From positions 57,233 to 121,232 of the forward strand of contig CP066690.1 of the NCBI GenBank assembly GCA_016432465.1: a stretch of 64,000 nucleotides of DNA, read 5' to 3'. A program made the position numbers and the translations under genes. The notes under the pieces were generated by a model. It did no database searches, was not told the origin of the DNA, and saw only the letters and a program-made list of their open reading frames with translations. Of the stretch, positions 59,880-64,000 are shown piece after piece. Source of the stretch: Candidatus Sungiibacteriota bacterium (lineage in GTDB: Bacteria; Patescibacteriota; Minisyncoccia; Sungbacterales; HO2-52-23). The stretch's first letter is position 1. The number at the start of each line of letters is the position of its first letter.

Positions 59880-60749
59880 TCAGAACTTCCGAGAGGCGGC
59901 CAGACCGATGTAGTAGTGGCGGCGGTCGTCCCAGTAGTAGTAGACATTGAGACCGCACTCGTCGAAGTAGCCGACATAGACACGGCGGCCGCCCGAAGTG
60001 ACACACTCGCAACGGGCATACCGTGAGAGGTTCACGAAGTTGCCTGTCTTACGGAAGACGAGCAGGTCTTTCGTGGCCTCGGTCATGGCAGACGGCACTT
60101 CGTAGTCGGCAGTGAGCATACGCACCTGCTCGTCGTAGGTCTTGTCCTCGGATTTCTGGACGATGTTCTGATGTAGCAGATACCACCTGAAGCTCATCGT
60201 GGTCTCCCTCGCAAACTTCTGCTCGGAATACCACGCACTCGGAGCGTAGGAGCCAAACTTCGGTTGCCCCGTGGCAGGATGAAGCTCCTGCAATTTCAGG
60301 ATGGTGAGCGGCTTGCCGTTGATGCGGTCTAGCCCCACGAAGGCGAAGTGGCAGTCCTTCACCACCTTGTCGCAGAGCGGGCAGGTGGAGTTGAGAATGT
60401 CCTCGCCCCACGGGAACTCGGCGACCTGACGGAGTTGCTTCTGACTGAAGTTCACGCCGTAGAGAGCTGACCAGTCCTCCACGCCAAAGAAGTTCTTGCC
60501 CATGACTGCACGGGCGAGCTTCTGGTGTATGGAGGCGTCGAGACCGCCTCGGAGCATGAACTCCGCCACCCGCTTGGCGTAGTCTGGTTCGGCACGAAGC
60601 CTTGCCAGATGGTCAGGGGTGACGCCGTGGTCTTGGAGCACCTTGAGAGTAGCCCCAAGCTCACCGAACTCTACTTTCCAGAGACCGCTTTGGGTTGTGC
60701 TTTTCATAGCACTTTCCTCCTTTTGTTGAATTTTCTCTCTTTGTCCCAC
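59880..60749 (-). CDS. DGR target protein with C-terminal variable region
   Basis: VR 59889-60003 encodes ...GRRVYVGYFDECGLNVYYYWDDRRHYYIGLAASR; start probably the MKSTTQ ATG. Confidence 0.92.
   Translation of the reverse strand: MGQREKIQQKEESAMKSTTQSGLWKVEFGELGATLKVLQDHGVTPDHLARLRAEPDYAKRVAEFMLRGGLDASIHQKLARAVMGKNFFGVEDWSALYGVNFSQKQLRQVAEFPWGEDILNSTCPLCDKVVKDCHFAFVGLDRINGKPLTILKLQELHPATGQPKFGSYAPSAWYSEQKFARETTMSFRWYLLHQNIVQKSEDKTYDEQVRMLTADYEVPSAMTEATKDLLVFRKTGNFVNLSRYARCECVTSGGRRVYVGYFDECGLNVYYYWDDRRHYYIGLAASRKF
59889..60003 (-). repeat. DGR variable repeat (VR)
   Basis: aligns ungapped to TR at offset 479. Confidence 0.95.
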
Positions 60750-61164
60750 TGAAGGACTTTAGAGAGAGGCAACCGTATCCGACGGCTTGCGGTCTCATCT
60801 CGGAATGAGACGAGCACCTTAGAAACCAAGTGTTTGGCGTCCAAAATGCTCGTCTCACTGATTTTCAATAAACACCATAATTATAGCAAATCGTCAACAA
60901 AAAGTCAATAGCGGTATTTTTCAAACAATAGTGAATGGTGCGGTAGGGTAAGTTTATGAGTTGGAATATTATCTCAAATCAGGGATATAAATATACGCAT
61001 TTTGTCGCTCAAAAATGGTTCTAACATTGTTCACAGTGCAGAGCGGGAATATGTGCAGAATTTGTATAATCCGTAGGCTTTAGTTCGTGAAATGGAGGGG
61101 GTATAAAAAGAGGCCGTAGCCCAAACAGGCCACGGCGCGCTGATTGTGCAATGAGCAGAAGCTC

Positions 61165-61704
61165 CTAGACCCCGCGTTGCCGCATTGATTCGAAGTGCTC
61201 ATAGGTTCCTGGGGTCTGACGCCTAAGTTCCTCAATTTCCTCAAGCACTGCAAGCGCCCAGCCCGCTGGTACAAGCACATCCTGTTCAGCGAATTGATCT
61301 ACATATCGTCTTCCACCACCGTCGCGCTTTTCCAGATCAGCCCGTCGCCATGGGAACCGACACTCCTCGAAAAACCTGAATCGGTTCGGCGAGTCATCAG
61401 GCTCGAGGATATATAGACCTCCTCCTAAGTCTGCGTACTGAAGAAGGAGTTCGCCGGGCGAGATCTTAGCCGCCACAGCTACTTCTTGGAGCTTTTCCCA
61501 CCCCCAATCTATGCCAGGGGGTTTCCCGCCGATATAACTCCTGACCTTGTAAACGGCGGGCTTTGCAACCCTTACCTCAACGATGCCGTAAAACACGTCT
61601 CCCTCCTTGCCGTCTGTTGACGGCTGGTTAGAAGGCTGTTTTGTGACACCCCACAGTCTGGGGCAATAATAGAATAATACTAGACGTATCATTTTGTCAA
61701 GCAC
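61165..61704 (-). CDS. hypothetical protein
   Basis: ORF; internal RBS AAGGAGGG before GTG (VFYGIVE) suggests a later start. Confidence 0.55.
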   Translation of the reverse strand: MLDKMIRLVLFYYCPRLWGVTKQPSNQPSTDGKEGDVFYGIVEVRVAKPAVYKVRSYIGGKPPGIDWGWEKLQEVAVAAKISPGELLLQYADLGGGLYILEPDDSPNRFRFFEECRFPWRRADLEKRDGGGRRYVDQFAEQDVLVPAGWALAVLEEIEELRRQTPGTYEHFESMRQRGV

Positions 61705-61756
61705 AGGGCTTGTCGTGGAGGCGTGTCAACCAAGCATCATGGGTTTTCAATCAACC

Positions 61757-62722
61757 TTAAAATTTAGGCCAGCGCGCCGGATCAACTTGGTTGGGGTCGG
61801 AAAGGGCCAGGGTTTCCATCTCTGCTACAAGACCATACGGCAAAGGACCCCGCTCTGCCGCGCGAACCGCACTAGAAAGATGCCCAAGGTTATTCGTTCC
61901 AATGAGTATGGTGGAAATAAAAGGGTTGGATAGGGCAAATCTTATGGCAAAAGTCGGCAAGTCCACGCCATACCTTGCCGCAAGATCATATACTTGAGAT
62001 GCTACAGATGCTAGGGGTTGAAGAATCGGGGGGTAATTCAGGACCGCTCCGCTTAAAACTCCTTTTAAAAGCACGGACCGGTTGATAATGCCTACACCGT
62101 TAGAATAAGCAAGGGGTAGAACCCTACGACTCATCCGCTGATCAATAATGCTATAGGCAGTCTGCACTACCTCAAAAAAACCACCGCTAACTGCTGCCAA
62201 GGCCGCCTCCTCCCCCCTTGTGCTAATACCAACATGAAGCGCCTTACCCTCGTCTTTGAATTTCTGCAGAATATCTGTCAGTTCCCGCCCCGTGATATCT
62301 TCTGCGCTTCCGCCATGAAGCATAAGAAGGGGCAAAACATCCAGCTTGAGAATGCGGAGACTGTCTTCAACTTCTTTTCTGATTCTTCGTTCCACCTCAG
62401 CGCTTTCAGGACGCTCTCCTTTGTCCAAAAAACTCCCGCACTTGGTACCAATCACCACTCCCGGATTTTTGGCAATACCCGACTTCCCAATTCGCTCCTC
62501 GGCCAGACCGTAAAATGCCGCCGTATCAAAATAAGTGATGCCCATCCCCACCGCAATGTTTAATAGCCTGATGGCTTCTTTCTCGTCCGGAAGACTACGC
62601 TTCCCCAGCCCGTAGGCAAAACCAATTTCTGCTGTTCCAAGTCCAAGACGAGAAACAACCAAACCCGTTCTACCGAGAACACGGGTTGGAATCCTACTTG
62701 CTTCTTGCCAGCACAACATCAA
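61757..62722 (-). CDS. aldo/keto reductase
   Basis: LGRTGL.VS.LGLG, FDTAAFYG, GTK, SLRILK; start uncertain. Confidence 0.9.
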   Translation of the reverse strand: MMLCWQEASRIPTRVLGRTGLVVSRLGLGTAEIGFAYGLGKRSLPDEKEAIRLLNIAVGMGITYFDTAAFYGLAEERIGKSGIAKNPGVVIGTKCGSFLDKGERPESAEVERRIRKEVEDSLRILKLDVLPLLMLHGGSAEDITGRELTDILQKFKDEGKALHVGISTRGEEAALAAVSGGFFEVVQTAYSIIDQRMSRRVLPLAYSNGVGIINRSVLLKGVLSGAVLNYPPILQPLASVASQVYDLAARYGVDLPTFAIRFALSNPFISTILIGTNNLGHLSSAVRAAERGPLPYGLVAEMETLALSDPNQVDPARWPKF

Positions 62723-63992
62723 CTGCCTCCTCTAAAATATCAAGCCCCTCCTCGAGTGCGTCTTGAGCAATCGTGAGAGGCGGACCGATTTTTATTGTAC
62801 CGATATTGGTCTTAATTAGCAAGAGACCGGAAGCAATGCACCTTCGCACGATCTCACTGCAGGTTTTAACATCAAGGTCGTTGCTCTCTTTATTACCAAA
62901 ATGTATGCCGGCCAGAAGCCCACGGGAAGAAATAAATTTGATTCTTTCCGGATATTTACGCTGCAGTTTCTCCAGCCGTTCTAAAAGTATTGCTCCGAGC
63001 CTGTTCGATCGCTCCACTAATTTTTCATCATGCAACACCTCCAAATTTCCGATACCGGCAGCAACGGAAAGAACGTTACCGGTATGCGTACTGGTAACTC
63101 CGGCATGATTCAGTATCTCCCGCGGACCAAGCACTGCTGACAAGGGCAAGGAGGAAGAAATACCCTTGCCGCAGCAGACCAGATCCGCCTCCACCCCAAA
63201 ATGTTCATAAGCAAACCACATGCCGGTTCTACCAAAACCCGACTGCACTTCGTCAAAAATAACCAATACTTGATTGCGCTTGGCCCAAGAAGCAAGCGCC
63301 TGTACGTAACTTTTAGGGAAGAAACAAGCGCTCCAACCCTGATACGGCTCCATAAATACGGCGGCAATGCTCTCGCTTTTTACTCCCTTGGCTTCCAAAG
63401 CCGCAATTGACTCTTTAAAAAAACTGGCCCCATTAGTTTCGTCAATCCCACGGCGATAGTCCGGGTAGGGCAGATGGTAAATGGCCGGATCGTGCCATGG
63501 CATCCACACCTTGTCTTTAGGTTTCCCGCCTATCATTAAACTTCCCAGTGTTTTACCGTGAAAAGCATCCTCAAAGCCAATGATACCAACTTTGTGAGGA
63601 TTGATTTTTTGCCCATGAATACGGCTAAGTTTCAAGGCGCATTCGTTTGTTTCCGAACCAGTGGCATACAAAACAACCTGATTAAATTTTTGCGGGGTCA
63701 ATTCAAGCAGCAACTCAATAAACCGCAGTTTATCTTCGGTGGCATATAAATAATTGAAGAGGTGGCCTCGATCCAAACGCGCCTGAATAGCGGTCTTGAC
63801 GCGAGGGTGCGAGTGGCCGGTATTGGCCACAAAAATTCCTGAAGTGAAATCTATCCATTGATTGCCAAAGCGGTCAAAAACTAAAAAATCTTTGGCGCGA
63901 TCCCAAAGCACAAAGTCATCTTCACAGGTTGCTTCCGGCTCTAAGGTTTTGAGCCGTTGGATTATCCGAACGGCCTCCTGATTTTCTTCCAA
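62694..63992 (-). CDS. class III PLP aminotransferase (probably 5'-truncated by the window edge)
   Basis: IDFTSG, TGSE, FHGKT, FDEVQSGFGRTG, GKG motifs. Confidence 0.9.
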   Translation of the reverse strand: MEENQEAVRIIQRLKTLEPEATCEDDFVLWDRAKDFLVFDRFGNQWIDFTSGIFVANTGHSHPRVKTAIQARLDRGHLFNYLYATEDKLRFIELLLELTPQKFNQVVLYATGSETNECALKLSRIHGQKINPHKVGIIGFEDAFHGKTLGSLMIGGKPKDKVWMPWHDPAIYHLPYPDYRRGIDETNGASFFKESIAALEAKGVKSESIAAVFMEPYQGWSACFFPKSYVQALASWAKRNQVLVIFDEVQSGFGRTGMWFAYEHFGVEADLVCCGKGISSSLPLSAVLGPREILNHAGVTSTHTGNVLSVAAGIGNLEVLHDEKLVERSNRLGAILLERLEKLQRKYPERIKFISSRGLLAGIHFGNKESNDLDVKTCSEIVRRCIASGLLLIKTNIGTIKIGPPLTIAQDALEEGLDILEEAVDVVLARSK

Positions 63993-64000
63993 ATTTGAAA

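Overview
The window looks like a small-genome Patescibacteria (CPR, probably Parcubacteria) chromosome segment. This is inferred from gene content, split transketolase, CPR-typical hypothetical proteins and an unlinked, heavily interrupted 23S gene. Core genes include rpmE, prfA, rplY, a glycolysis/pentose-phosphate cluster (fba, pfkB-type kinase, tkt N/C, rpe, rpiB), rodA, efp, two VirD4/HerA-like ATPases, secDF and metK. Main observations: (1) A minus-strand 23S-5S operon with no 16S. The 23S spans about 6.4 kb and holds three group I introns: L1931 with a LAGLIDADG gene, L2500 ending in A instead of omega-G, and one after U2656 in the sarcin-ricin loop. It also carries about ten hairpin insertions. 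(2) Three of the rRNA insertions contain complete antisense transcription units (TTGACA promoter, small protein or sRNA, terminator) inside closing stems, two sharing the same terminal inverted repeat. This is the best candidate for an undescribed system. (3) A complete diversity-generating retroelement (RT, antisense avd, TR, target with 13 adenine-only TR/VR differences) plus a probable orphan second target. (4) A SAM-I riboswitch upstream of metK, enlarged about three-fold by inserted hairpins. (5) Several families of dispersed palindromic or structured repeats that invade rRNA, a riboswitch, a coding sequence and intergenic DNA. All calls are by eye, with no database searches run.
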